From positions 1,426,001 to 1,490,000 of the forward strand of contig CDRNST010000027.1 in the NCBI GenBank assembly GCA_977016875.1: a stretch of DNA of 64,000 nt, read 5' to 3'. How positions within the stretch are numbered: the stretch's first letter is position 1; each line of letters opens with the position of its first letter. The translations under genes and the position numbers were made by a program. The notes below the pieces were generated by a model, which was not told the DNA's origin, did not search any database, and was given only the letters and a program-made list of their open reading frames with translations. This document shows positions 49,975-63,279 of the stretch, piece after piece. This DNA comes from Pavona decussata (lineage: Eukaryota).

Positions 49975-50530
49975 GAAAGCGAAGCCGCCGATTGCTCGAA
50001 GGCCAAGAACTGAGGCCCATCTATTTCAAACGCTCTGCTCTTCTCGGAAGAATTAAAAACAGATATTTGTCTTGTGCGACGGACAGCTTTTATTCTCGCA
50101 CTGGATTCTCTAGATAGAACCAAGTCCATGCTTAGTCGCTGCATCTTCCATGACTTGGACTCTTCCCTGGCAAATCGACAAGATACAGACTCGTCCAGTT
50201 TCTCAAGCAGCTTTTCGCTCGATGCGATAGCTCGACCGCTTATTGTTTTCCATGTTCCATCAGCAGATGGGGTCGTGGAGCTTAATTGGCTTTCTTCTTC
50301 TGGGTCTTCTAGCTGGATTTTGGAGCGGCTTGCACTCGCAGCAACTGTAGCATTTTCGCTTTTCTGAATATCCAACTCCTCGAGCCACTTCTCTTGCCAA
50401 AAAACTGAGCCTTTGTCGCTCTCTGCCAATTTTGCGGCCCATTGTTTGTCAAACTCGCTCTTCGGTTTCTTTTTCGCTCTCGGTTTCGATGACGAAAACG
50501 GACACGACCTTTTCTTTTTTTGGCGGCATT
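49975..50530 (-). pseudogene. Decayed Kolobok/Mutator-like transposase N-terminal region
   Basis: MPPKKRKGR... start; VSCRF(C)QGRVQVMEDAATKHGLGSI*RIQCENKSC...SSEKSRAFEI..SVLGLRAIG, frameshifted. Confidence 0.6.
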
Positions 50531-53500
50531 TTCACCGAAGCAAACGCTAAATATCCACGGAGAATACTAAAGGATATGAACAACACGAAAACAATTCGCA
50601 CGTGTTGTGTCGAAGCACGCACTCGGTATCACGTTACTAGTTCACAGACAAGTTAATTGATATGTGACACGGGTAAGACAAATGTTGTCAACGATCAATT
50701 AATATGATTAACGAGAAAAAATCTTTTACCCTCGATATCTTTCGACAGAAATAATATTTTCTTCTCATTTTCTTTTTAAAAGAAAGCTCTAAAGCATATC
50801 TATTTGAAAACGTTGAAACCTCAAATATGGCAACGATCCGCGCGCGGACTGTCCTGAAGGGTGGCTGATACCTTAACTTGCAGAAAGTCAGTTTTACGGG
50901 ATCTTTTCCCCGAATTTGGAAGCTGTTGCTGGCTGTACGAAAATTCTAGCTCACCTTTTCTTCGCCGGCATTTTTAACGAGCTATTTGCCCACCCGAAAA
51001 CGAAAGGAATTAGTTTTTCAGTGTAACGAAATTTGGCCGAAGAAAGCTTTGGACTCTTTCCAAAACCACATCCGCATTTCTGAGGTGATTAAATAAGCCT
51101 TCCGAACAGCTTTCCACCGAAATGAAGTTGGGTGCCTCTCAAATACCCTAGACCTTTTGAGCGTCAGCTGAATAATTCGTGAAAGGCGACAGCACGAATT
51201 CACGAATTGCACGTTGTTCATGATGAGAAAGCAGCCGAAAAACGAAATCGTGGTCCAAAAAAAAAAAGCAGTTGTGAATAGAATAATCGATTAACACTGG
51301 TGCAGTTCCATACGATCAAAGAACCATACCTCGCTAGAAAAATGGTTATTACCATTATCCCAATGCTTTATAAATTCAGTATATATTTTTTATAAACATA
51401 AACCTATTTTCCCAGGCAATCAACCCCATATTCGACGCACCCTTTTCAACTCGTCGATTAAACTTCAGAAATCAATCAGTTTGCTGAAAGCTGTTAGTCA
51501 GTAATAGATAAGTGACTTTCCTTTTATTGTGACAAATAGGTTTCACGATTTATGAGCAGCGGATCACCTATACGAATGCACGACTTTTACTTTAGTCAGT
51601 ATAAACGTTGTCTAATACAAAGGCATTTATTTCTTGAAATGCTTACTTGAAGTTCTTCGGTTGACATATGTATAATACCCTCTTAAACTAATAGCGCCGC
51701 AAGCGGAAAACTCAAGCGGTCACAAATTAGATGAATTTCTAAAAAACATATAGTTTCAGTGAGCACGGAAAGTTGCTGATCAGGCATCATTGTTAGCTCT
51801 CACAAGGAGTTACAAAAAAGGTGTGAGCAAATTCTCCAAATTATATAAATTAAATATATTTCAAGGCCATTGACCCCCACTTTTAACACAACCCTGTCAA
51901 CTAGGTAGATAATCCGTGGGCTGAGGAAACAATTTGCTGAGAGCTGCCTGAATAAATAAGTGAATTTCCCTTTATGTTAGCAAATGGATCTTGTGACGAA
52001 TGGGTGGATCACATACTTAAGGGTTTTAATATAAGCAGCACCTGCTTCTAAGTCGCTATGAATGTTGCTTGTAGTTATCACCCCCAAAGACGTTCGCAAA
52101 TTCATTACTAAAAGCGCATTTGAAATTCAGCGTGTCAGAGCTTCATCGTGCATCTTTGTTAGCTTGCAGAAGGAGGTAAGACTTCTAATTTACTTCCCTA
52201 AAACCATACGTGCAATGTTTCTTGCAATTTGGCTCGCAACGCCTTATAGAAACTTTCTACATAACTTGCGAATGACAAAATCGCCGTGAGACATGCAAGT
52301 TTCTTCAAAAAGCAGAATCGATTTCTACTTTTTGCAATTCAGAGCCGGTCGCAGAAAGTTTTTGCAAGTTGTTGCATTATTATTTCTGGCCGGCGCCTTG
52401 CCTTGCAACTTACAACGGCGTTTTAAAGTAAGTCGCACGGAAAGCTGCACAGTACAAAACACCTTTAGATCGTTTTAATGTTACTTTGATACTAGTTTTT
52501 TGTTAAACGTAATTAACTTTCGCGTTCTACCGACCTGACTCATGTTTTGACTGAGTATAACTTTTCGTGGAAGCCAGTGACCATATATATTCCCATCCTT
52601 GTACGATTTTAGCTGACGAGCTCCGCGTATCTTAATTTTACTAATAGGGAGTTTTAACAACGCAACGGTGACGGCAACGAAAATGTCAAAAAAGCAATAG
52701 GTTTTGTAATCAAAAAAACAACTCTGCAAGTGCATTACACTTTTTTGTACATTTCTTTGCCGTCATTGCACGACTAGGACGTGAAATTTCCTGATTGCAC
52801 GTTTTATGGAGGATGCAATTACACGACGAAGAATTTTTCTTTCTCCTTCTAAACTTGGTCGCGGTCTCCAAGAATTCATCTCCAGAAAACCTCACCTTCT
52901 TTTGAGATTTGAAGAAAAATTTGGAATAATTAATTGCGACGACGTTCGTAGTATGCCCGCAGAAGTTACGAGATGGAAAAAATATTTGATCGTATGATAC
53001 ATATAATTGAACTGCGGATGAAAGAATTAATAAATGAGGGATCATTGTAGTTAGATCTTGTTATGCATGCAACTCAAGCAGTTTGGAAGAGAAAGCCTGA
53101 AAACAAGTTACAGCTGCTTATGTTATGAACATAACTTCGATGGTTCCTCATTCATCAACTGGTATTTATTTTATCGTTCAGTTACAACAAACTGCAGTAG
53201 CAATCTCGTCAAAACACAATTAAAGCCCGAAAATTCTGCAAAGGTGTCGTTTTTAATTTTCATCTTAAATTATTCATAACAGACATCTCGAACTTTCAAT
53301 GAAAGAATAAAGGGGATCGATGTTTTCATTAAGAATGTTGTTTCCAATTTACCTGTATTCCACTGATAACATAGAAGCCCTCCATGAACTTTATCAACTA
53401 AATAATATCTCGTACCTGAAAGTATGTTTTCTTTTTTCTCGTTAAAAATTTATGAAGAAAAAACAAAGGAATTCACTAGTACCGTGAGGTTTGGAAAAGT

Positions 53501-54698
53501 GATTTTCATTAACATAAAATTTGGTGAGCTTTAGCCTTGAATTTCTCCAATTATCAATTAATGGCGGGTTTGAGGAGCTATATATCAAACACTCGAAAGA
53601 GCGTTTCATCCAATTTCCAAACACCTCTAAGTTGAAAAAACTCACCAGTGCACTTCTGGTTGTTCGGAAATCTGATGAAACACTGATATATTGCTTCTTA
53701 TTGACCTAGCGAGAGGGCCGCAATGGGGAACATTGGCCTTATTCCGTTATTCCCTTTTGGTAAACAGTTTTAAAGTACGAATCAAATGAATTTCGTCGGT
53801 GGAAACAATAAGGCCATTATTTATTAATCCTAATAGCCTAAGTGAGAACTATCTCTGAAGGCGTTCACAAATTTATTACTTCTAAAGACACGTTTGTCAT
53901 TCCGGTGGAGCGCAAAGTGCTTCATCGTCGGAGCATCGTGTAGCTTTGTTAACTTGCAGAAGGAGGTAAGAAAAAGGAATTTTAGCATACTAACTGGGCT
54001 TCGAAGGATTATCAAGGAAATTCCCTAACCGTGTACGGTGGGGAGGGGGTTAATCCTGCCCCTATGTAAGCTTTTTAGGTATATTCGGTACTAAACGGTA
54101 TGGTTTTGAGCCAATTTGGTCTGAAAGTGTAAAATCTAGAAACAAGGCCTGAAAAAGGATATGAATTTCAGAGGCCAGGTTTGAACTGAAAAGGGGATCA
54201 AATTACATATTTTGGTCTGAAATAGGGTCAGATTTTGGAGGCGTTCTCTCTATTTCTATCTCTAAGCTTTACACGATTTTAGCTGGTATGTTAACTGCCG
54301 TGATTCTAATAACGTCATGACCGCTTGTAATATTCCCTTTCGTGAATTGATGTGCGACCGAAATCCGGTTTTAAAGAATCGAATCAATTTCGTTCGGAAA
54401 TATACAAATCTCATGTTTCTTTCATATTCTCGCTTTTTCTTAAATTATCGTTCACGACAACTTTGCAGCAATCTCGTCAAAACACAATTAAAGGGCAAAA
54501 GTACCGCAAAGGTGTCTGTCGTACTTAAATTTTTCTTTAATATATTTTTTTCATTTGCCTTTTAATTTACGACAAAGGTTGTTGAACTCCTTCCTTTAAA
54601 GTGCTGTTCTAATTTACCTATATTCCACCAATAGCATAGAAGCCTTCCACGATCTTTCTCGAACTACTGATTAATAATTCACATTTGACAGAGATATT

Positions 54699-55000
54699 CA
54701 GCTATCTCACGCAATTAACGTTGTCGAATTCTACAGCCTCGCCGGAACCTACGCGCAAGACCAAAAGGGAGTATGACTTGCTGTAAAAGCTTCAATTCGA
54801 TCGGTTATAATTTCACGGTTTTAAGTGCTAAAGAACGGAACAAAACACGATGAACATCTGCCTCTGTGATTTATTTTCTCCTCCGGGAGGGCTGAGGCAT
54901 AGCTAAGTTAAATAAATTTATCAATTAATTACACATATAACCTTGCTGTATTACCGCGTAGGCTTCCATTAAACGGTCTTGTACGTAAGTGAAATAGCTG
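54699..55000. mobile_element. MITE, cagctat...atagctg family (second copy at 63018-63199)
   Basis: Termini cagctatctcac / gtgaaatagctg; shares caattaacgttgtcg with the 63018 copy. Confidence 0.6.
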
Positions 55001-55074
55001 TATACAGTTAAAATGTACTACTTAATTAACTTAATTATGCACATTAGTGTTATTCGCAAGCATTAATTGTCATT

Positions 55075-55489
55075 TACACTTTTAGAAGAACGTCGAGACT
55101 GAGATTAACCAAAATTTTAAGAACGTATTAAGAACATTCCTCAGGCTGAGAGTCGATTAAGAACGTTTTTGTTTTGTTAATCTGTATAAAAAATCAAGGT
55201 AACAAATGTAAATTAACCAAAATACTTAAGGGCACGTTTTGTATGGCATTAAAAATGGTGACACACATCTCGGTTTGTCATAATCAGCAGTTCTTGATAC
55301 CATATCTCAGCTGGCAATGTACTTTGATAAGTTTCCTGGTCACGTCCTCATTGATTTACTGAAATACATGTAGTGTATACCATGTAATTTTAAGAACGTT
55401 TTCAGCCTCAAATCGCAAAAAAATATAAGAACGTTCAGCCTCATCCAGCTACAAAATAAGACGTTCTTATATAAAAAAAACAGAGTGTA
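55075..55489. mobile_element. TA-flanked MITE (related copy ~6226-6495)
   Basis: tacact...agtgta ends; shared aagaacgttcagcctca...gttcttata...gagtgta. Confidence 0.65.
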
Positions 55490-56290
55490 AGTGGTGTCAT
55501 TGCACACAGAACATTTAGAGTAAATTAACGTCTGGGAAGTCTTTTAGAGAGTGCTAACTGATTCTTTGAAAAGTGAAATAAATAGTATACATTTCTAACT
55601 GTCACTCACTAGTGCTGTAACTGCCAATTTTAAAACGTTGAAACGTGTTATTCCCTTCTGTATAATGAGCTTGATTCCTGCTACCAAAATTAACGACCGC
55701 CACTTTTACTTTTGCCTTCGGGACAATCATGATCCAGTAGTGTGACATTAATTGCTTCCTAGAAGCCTCTTGGACGTGACTCGAACGAGAATTGAAAGTA
55801 AAAGAGATTGGTTTGCCGCGCCCCGCCACCAACAAGGCGCAAACAACGTTCCTTGTTAAGCTCCATAAAGTGTACGAGGCACAGAGTCGTGAAATAAGGT
55901 GAAGAGTTTTATTGGCACCTTTTCTCGTTGAAACAAATTTATGGCTCTATCGTTCTTAGACAACAAAATTCTTTTTCCGTATTGCTTTCCATTTTTGCGC
56001 TTATTGAGAAGCCCGGTATATTCAATACTTCCTTCACGGCTTGCTTTTCTTAAAAAAAAAATCCCAAATTTTGCGGTTTGTTCCGAAAACTTAATTATTC
56101 ACGGTTTATTATCGCTACTTTGTGGCTTCTCTGAATCAAGTATCATTATTTTCAGGTTCTTTTTCCTCCACTTGAAAAATTCTGAACGTTTCAAAAGACC
56201 CAAGCTCTTCTGATTCCCATGTGACGTGCATGTGAATTCTTCTGGCCACCTAATGATAGCCGACAAAATCGTTCCAGGTCAGGAATAAGA

Positions 56291-56430
56291 TAGCCTGCGA
56301 ACGCAGACGTATTTCCGGCTGTCGCTTCACTCCGCCGAGTGGAGCGACAGCCGAAAATACGTCTGCGTTCGCAGATGGCTCGTCACGAAAGATTGCGTGA
56401 CGAGCCAAAAGAGCGTCCGCGAGGGAGGCA
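56291..56430. mobile_element. Chimeric palindromic MITE with 9-10-bp TSD
   Basis: aggaataaga at 56281-56290 and 56431-56440; two different hairpin MITE halves are joined. Confidence 0.75.
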
Positions 56431-57419
56431 AGGAATAAGAGAGACCGTGAGAAATATACTGCCATATTTTATTATTTCATATCAGTTTTTGGCACTCCCA
56501 TTTTCTACAAATGCCGTCGTTTTAGTATTGTATAGAATAAATGTATAGTTTTAAGTGCTGATCAATTATATGCAAAAACGATCAAATGAACTTTTGAAGT
56601 TCCTTAGTTGAAATTAAAATTAAAATAATGGATCAGGTTGTATTCAGAAAGACCATTTAAATTAAGAACAGAATTTTAGAAAAATACAGGAATTTAATCG
56701 ACTGAGAAGGAATGAAAAAGGATAAAAACAACCTTCATGAAGCCACTGTCGTTATCCTCTCCTTGTATATTTTTCTTTGGATCGCGTAGAAAAGAAATGA
56801 ATTATCACACCCCATGGGAAAGTCACGACCCATTAACCAAAATACCAGCTGACAGACAGCAATTTAAGTTTTTTTTTTTATCGTCCCTCGTTAGTTTTCA
56901 TATTGGAAGTCTTTAATTAAGAAATTTGCAGAGGTATGGTTAAAACTGCACAGAATATTTTCGAAGTAAGGTTAAACTTTTCCTCGAATACTGATGAAGG
57001 TGGTCTTAAAGGACAGCGAAGAAGACGAAATATCCTGTAAGTAAATTTCTTGATTGAAGAACAAACTGGCTTTTTGCAATTTTTCAATGCAAGTTCGACG
57101 AACTTGACTGAACCTTTCCAAATTTTAGCGATTCGCTTTCAGTGAATATCTCTAAGATCAACACGTAAAACTGGTTTCACTTATCTGTACCGTGAACACT
57201 TAAACAAAAAAAAAGAAAGTCAACTAGGCCTTTTGTCATGAAAATAACTCACCCAAGGGTACGAAGCTATAAAAAGCGGTAGTATACCTTGAGCTATACT
57301 AGCAAGCGATATTTAAACATCGCCAGATAATTAAGAAAACAAGAATGTGATCAAGCTTCAAACTTGCTGATTCCTTGCTTCAAGACAAAAAAATCAAATG
57401 TACATAAAATTGGAATATT

Positions 57420-58030
57420 TACCTGCAAAAGCTCAAACTGGACAATCTTCATAATTGCAGCACAGAGCAAGGTGTAGGCACCATATTTCGCACTGTGTCC
57501 CATACCACATCTCTTGTCGTCTTGAGCTGGTGCAAAATGACTTGGAACAGAAACGTTTTCTGGTGCACAAAGTAGCAGTGGATGGTATATGCAGACAGTC
57601 CCATAATTATAATAATTAATGCGTCAAACAAACATTTGAATATATATTTACAAACTTTGGTCCACACTAGAAAGGGAAAAAACATAAGCTTCCTTTACAA
57701 CAAATTATGTGAGCAATCACCCGTACATGAACTTATGGTAGTGTTTGTCATGAAACAAGAGACTGATAACCGCTTTCACTGGTTTCTGCTATCTCACTGT
57801 ACTTTCTTTGTCGTCCTCTATCTCACAGTTGGAATTGCCGGGAATCCTCCTCTATCGAGGCCCAGTTGGAAATCAGCTTCATCCCGGCGTCTCGTCTTCT
57901 GTCTCAGTTGAGAACAATACCTCTTCACTGCATTGCTGATTTTCGTGTGCATTCCTTTTTTCAGAGATTTCATCCTCCTCGTCACCTTCTTGATCAGAAC
58001 TCTCAGTACTATCACTCACAGTGTTAGCCT
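57420..58030 (-). pseudogene. Decayed spliced DDE transposase fragment (Kolobok-type)
   Basis: RCGMGHSAKYGAYTLLCAAIMKIVQFELLQ followed by a GT donor; upstream acidic exon-like stretch at 57880-58029. Confidence 0.55.
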
Positions 58031-59208
58031 ACATTAAATAAAATGAATGAGAGAATTAGATAGCCACTATAAAACTCGACAAAAATGCTCCATATATTAA
58101 ACTACAAGCTACAAACAAATGAATATCATAAAGTTAACTAAACGAACACAACATTCTTGGTAATCAGTGTAAATATTAGTGTGATATCGTGAATGTTGTC
58201 AGAGAAATTAGCTTTCAAAAACTGTAAAATTCACGTGGCTGTAAGGCAAGAGAATTCCTTGTAAAATCGTGACACTGAAATGTTTTTTTTTTTAAAAAAC
58301 TATTGAACCCACAACGCTCCAATTTTTAGAACATGCTTAGTTTGACTAGCTCTTTCAATTTATGAAGACCATTTTATTTACAGCTAGTTTTGTTATTTAT
58401 GCTAATGCGCGAAAAATGTAAACAAAGGTTCCGTAGGCTCTCAAACGACGAAGAGTTATTAGATACAGGAACAGTTACATCTTGAGTCTTATTAAAACGA
58501 AAATTAACAACTCTAGGTAGACAAATTTCAGAGATTATAACGTAGAGGGCAAAATTACTTAATGTTGATTGGCCGAAACAGAGGGCATTTTTTTTCTTAA
58601 TTTTTCTTTCACCGATGTCAAAATTACTCACTCATGATTGGTCAAGCGGCGAAAATACTTGCTCCTGATTGGCTGAGCACGCCACTTCTATATTTAGTTG
58701 GTTTTCGCTATTTTGTGCACAACTGCTACGAGTTCCGTTCAGGTTCTTTGGAGTTGGACTTTTTAAGCCGGATTGTTTGTGCCAAAAATACTTGGAAATC
58801 AAGTGCTACAGTTTATAGAGGAAATTCCTCTAAGGTAAACTTTCATTTCTTACAAGAAACAGCAAAAGATTATTTCTGTCAAAAACTAAAAACTTGATCG
58901 GTTTTGTTTGGTTGAAAAACTGAAATTATTCTTGGCGACCAAGTGCTTTCACCAGCTGGCTACGGCTTCTTCCAACGAACGATAACTGAACAATAACAAC
59001 GGTGCACTTTTAACAGCAGGAAGGAGCAGGTCAAATTTAGTGGAAGAAATTACCCTGAAAATTGCAAGTTCCAATCTTTGGATCCATCGTTTGCCATTTT
59101 TATGGATCTGTGTTCGTGTGCTTTTCAAGCGGTGGAAAGCGTCATAGCGCAGGTGATTCAATTAATTGATGCCTAACATTTGCTTTGGCTTTGTTATTTT
59201 GGTCATGA

Positions 59209-59829
59209 ATTAAACTTGTATTTTCCCTTAATTACATGTATATAACAATCAACTTTTCTTGTTTTGTCTGTTTTGCCCGCTATGAAAAAGGTGAATTGTT
59301 TGTTTGTCAGTTTGCTTATGGGTGAATTGTTTTACTCCGAGACGGGATTTGACTGTTTTACGAAGTGCCTCGATAGTTTAAAGAAAATTTTCTTCTCTAT
59401 ATTATAAACACGTAATCGTAATGAATTCTCGCAGAATTAAGGATTAATTTTCACTTGTATTTTCAAAGTTTTCACAAATTGGGAAACTTTGAAAATACGC
59501 CTGAAAATTAATCCTTAATTTTACTCGGCCTCATGGCGATTACATATACATGTATACATATTACATATACATGTATATAACAATCAACCTTTCTCGTTTT
59601 GTCTATTTAGACACTATGAAACAGGCGAATTGTTTGTTTGTTGTACTTACGAGTGAGTGTTTTTACTCTGTTTTACCCTGGGCTGGGATTTGACTGTTTT
59701 TCGAAGCGCCTCGATAATTTAAAGAAAAATTTGTGAAAACTTACAATTCACCTGTTTCAGCAGACACTGAACGAGAAGAGTTGATTGTTAGATACATGTA
59801 ATTACTTTAGGAGAAAATACAAGTTTAAT
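59209..59829. repeat. Composite direct/inverted repeat block
   Basis: 59233-59390 is repeated at 59568-59730, with an inverted copy at 59743-59829; a palindromic MITE at ~59400-59550 lies between the direct copies. Confidence 0.7.
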
Positions 59830-60170
59830 CAGAGGTTCTATCTTGAAACTGCCCTTTCAAGATAGTTGGAACCCTTCACTGATGAGACACGAAACTCGAT
59901 ATTTGCGTGAACAGCAAGTGATGAAACTATTAATAACGTGGGACACAATGCACTACAATTTCTAAAGACTGAGCTGTATGCTAGGGAAAAAGAGAAAGAC
60001 TCATCACTTTCGATTTGCCCCCATAAGCTGAAATGAAAATAATTTAATGCGTGCTGTTTTGAATGGTACAACAGTGCCTTCATGGGAAGAACGCACTAAA
60101 TCTATCATGACTATAAAGGTTTTGATCAATAATGATTTCTTGAAACATAAGCAAGCGAAAATTAAAGTTA

Positions 60171-60488
60171 ATAGCCGACGTTTCGGCGTCATCGTGACAC
60201 CACTCTCAAGGCGGGATAAATTCATGCGAAGATTTGATTTCTATACTTTACAGTCTCTACAAATTAGCATATTAACGATGAATCACAAGTTCTTCAGGTG
60301 AATACCTTTGCGCGCATCGAGTCTGTTCAAATCGAGACTCAATTCGCGCAAAGGTATTCACCTGAAGAACTTGTGATTCATCGTTAATATGCTAATTTGT
60401 AGAGACTGTAAAGTATAGAAATCAAATCTTCGCATGAATTTATCCCGCCTTGAGAGTGGTGTCACGATGACGCCGAAACGTCGGCTAT
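60171..60488. mobile_element. Perfect 144-bp-arm fold-back of a PLE 3' tail with hammerhead-like motifs at both outer ends
   Basis: 60171-60314 is the exact reverse complement of 60345-60488; the centre encodes DSIRAKVFT* / DSMRAKVFT*; motif gcc-TTGAGAG-t-ggtgtca(cga)tgacgcc-GAAAC-GTC-ggc. Confidence 0.8.
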
Positions 60489-60717
60489 CAACTATAAAAG
60501 TTGCTGGTTTAAATGAAGTGCGAAGATAGTGGAGCAAAAACTGCATCTGTTCGGTTAACAAGGAAGCATCTGTGTGCTGGATGGAAACAGTACGTGGTTT
60601 TTCAATTAGCAACCGCTAACCAAACTCTTGTAGACACAAGGTTCAAGAATGTCCAAGAGTAGGACACTAACGCCTTTTTTGTCATGTTTTGCTTGATTTG
60701 TTTAGGTGGAGTTAACT

Positions 60718-61731
60718 ATGGCAACAGTAAACACCACAGTCCAAGCAAACGAGACTGCAAAGCTCGGCAATAGCAAGGAAGGATATATCTGGTGTTCGTT
60801 ATTTGTAACTGAAGGTCTTGTTATTGTTATACTCAACATCTTAACCATTACCGTCTTCATTAAGAAGCCCTGTCTGCGCAGGCGCAGTACATATTTGCTC
60901 ATCAACCTATCACTGACTGATATGTGCATCGGAGCAGTCGTGATACCGATTTCCATCTTTCGTCGTGGAAAAATTTATGGACTGTGGAACGTTCAAATGA
61001 CTCAAGCATTGTTCATTTCCACATACGGAGTTGATACGTTCTTCTTTGGTTGTTCCCTTGCGTTTCTTGTATCCATATCAATCGAGAGATTACACGCTAC
61101 GAGGCATCCAATGCGACATCGGTTGATATCAAGTTCATCGTACAAGACATGGATATCGAGCGTCTGGGTGGCATCAGTTATCTACACGTCTATTACGGTG
61201 TCGTTCTTGCATTTCAACATTCTCGGCCTGTACTTCTGGTACATCTTGGCTGGATGCGTCCTCTTTTGTCTTTTGCTTTTAGCCTGCTGTTATATGGCGA
61301 TATTTGTTACGGTTCGATGTAACAAACGACCTGAACTCACTAATCGTCACGCTAGAACAGAACGCAAACTAACCGTGACACTGTTCATTGTCACGCTAGT
61401 GTCTTTATCAGTGTGGCTCCCGTATGTGTTGTTCACGTTCCTAGAATTTAAACTGTTAACTTTGTTATCTGAGGGAGCACTCTTACGCCTGCGAAGTGTC
61501 TGTGAGACGCTGTTCTTTGCTAACTCTTTTGTGAATCCAGTTCTTTACACAATAAGGATGCCTGAGTTTAAAAAAACAATGAGGATTTCCTCGCATTACA
61601 AGATTAGTCGATTCAAAACTGGGAAAGGATACTCTTTGGACCAGACAGAAAATGTTTCGAGGGAAGTTTGCGGCTCTGAGAGTAACTTATCAAGTTTAAG
61701 CTTGCGTTCAATCGGCCCTATTCCGGAATAA
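60718..61731 (+). CDS. Class A (rhodopsin-like) orphan GPCR, 337 aa, paralog of 41517-42512
   Basis: Same 7TM motifs (NLSLTD, ERL, VWLPY, NPVLY); splice acceptor tttgtttag ends at 60705; divergent C-tail. Confidence 0.9.
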   Translation: MATVNTTVQANETAKLGNSKEGYIWCSLFVTEGLVIVILNILTITVFIKKPCLRRRSTYLLINLSLTDMCIGAVVIPISIFRRGKIYGLWNVQMTQALFISTYGVDTFFFGCSLAFLVSISIERLHATRHPMRHRLISSSSYKTWISSVWVASVIYTSITVSFLHFNILGLYFWYILAGCVLFCLLLLACCYMAIFVTVRCNKRPELTNRHARTERKLTVTLFIVTLVSLSVWLPYVLFTFLEFKLLTLLSEGALLRLRSVCETLFFANSFVNPVLYTIRMPEFKKTMRISSHYKISRFKTGKGYSLDQTENVSREVCGSESNLSSLSLRSIGPIPE

Positions 61732-61783
61732 GAATAAATTGAATGGCCTCAAACTCAGTACATAACGTTGATCGGCTTGCCTG

Positions 61784-62027
61784 GGCCCAGTTGTTCAGAG
61801 CTCGATTAAGCTAATCCCTGGTTAACGTGAACTTTGATTCGAATTTAATTGCTAATCAGTAAAAGGTTCTCCCAAAACAGTTTAGTCCCTGAAATTTGAC
61901 TTAGACGTCCCTTTACCATGAGCTTAAAATTAGCGTTTGAAAAGCATTTTGAACAAGAGAGTTGAAACCCTCGCCGGTTAAGTTTTAATTGGGGAGTAGG
62001 GTTAATCGGCTTTCGAACAACCGGGCC
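61784..62027. mobile_element. PIF/Harbinger-like MITE
   Basis: TIRs ggcccagttgttc / gaacaaccgggcc; CTG TSD on both sides. Confidence 0.75.
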
Positions 62028-62577
62028 CTGAATGTTAAATCAGCGAGTCTTTCTAATTCTTCCTTATAAGCCCACAGGGCAGCTAAATTGGTAAAGGCCA
62101 TATTACCACAACTTAATTATTAATAGAAATTGAAATAGTTTCAAATAAATAACTAGTCATTAAAGTTTTTATTCTACGTGAAATGCTGTCTTGGTTTGTT
62201 TGTTATGTTTTTAAGTCGATCCTCGGGCAGTTTAGCTTAGTTAATGAGGTTAAATAACTTTAAAACGCAGGAGTCTTGGACACGAGCTAAGCACATTCCT
62301 TTGTCTCTCTCCCCCAGTCCCCCCTCGTTTTTGTTCCTCTCACCCTTCTCCTTCGCTCTCTCGCGGAGCCTGGGACCGGCTAATTGTACAGAAGACAACA
62401 GGCTCTTTAACGGCATTAAATTCAGTAAGGAGACGAAAAACTTAAGAACTTTTATCTTTTGCAGTTGTTTAAACCCAGTAAGTTTAAAGAATGGAACTTA
62501 CTTTTCTTTTCTTTTTAATCTTTTTCTTTCATGATATGAACGATTATACCAACATCAGCTACCTACGGGTTAGTGTA

Positions 62578-63279
62578 CCGTAAAATTCAGAAAAAAAAAA
62601 AGCCCCTCCGAATATAAGCCCCCAGAAATCGAAACGCATAAGGACTTCTATAATAAGCCCGTCCAAATATAAGCCCCAGGGGCTAATACACGGAAATTGC
62701 CCTGAAATACAAAATAAATCAAAGTAAATTACACATCACATTATGATCAAGCCTTTTCTATGTATAAAAGAACGATTCCGTACACTGAACTTTGAGCTAC
62801 CGTATGAACTAAAAACTACGGTATGAACGGTGTTATATTTTCAATAAAGTTTATTGCTGTTGCGTTTGAAGTTGGATAATGTTCACACGGATTACCCTGT
62901 CGTGAATTTCTGTAACGCCCCAGTATTATCATTTGCACATTGAAAAATTGCAGACGCAAATTTCCCTTCAATTATAAGCCCATTCGATTCTTAAACGCGA
63001 ATTTCCCTCCTATTTTTCAGCTATTTCAATTAACGTTGTCGGATCAAATAAAGTATAAAGCTATAAGACAAGACCTCAAGATTCTCTGGATTTTTTTGTG
63101 AATAAGTTCATTAAAATCAGCTATGCCTCGTCCGTCCAGTCAGGATATCAAATGGATGAGGTGGCAGCTTTGTTCCGACAACGTTAATTGAAATAGCTGT
63201 ATACCCCCTCCGAATATAAGCCCCTCAAAAGAGTCCTCAGGAAAATGTACACCCCGGGGCTTATTTTCGGAATTTATGG
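62578..63279. mobile_element. TA-TSD MITE with a nested 182-bp MITE (63018-63199)
   Basis: ccgtaaaattc / gaatttatgg ends; ataagccc subrepeats; nested perfect 26-bp TIR cagctatttcaattaacgttgtcgga. Confidence 0.75.

Noticed and set aside
59872-59905. CTGATGA...GAAAC hammerhead-like string
   Set aside because: Stem III and stem I do not pair; probably a chance match.
60004-60612. Mirror-image ORFs encoding the same peptide on both strands
   Set aside because: They are a trivial consequence of the perfect inverted repeat (likewise at 5665-5981).
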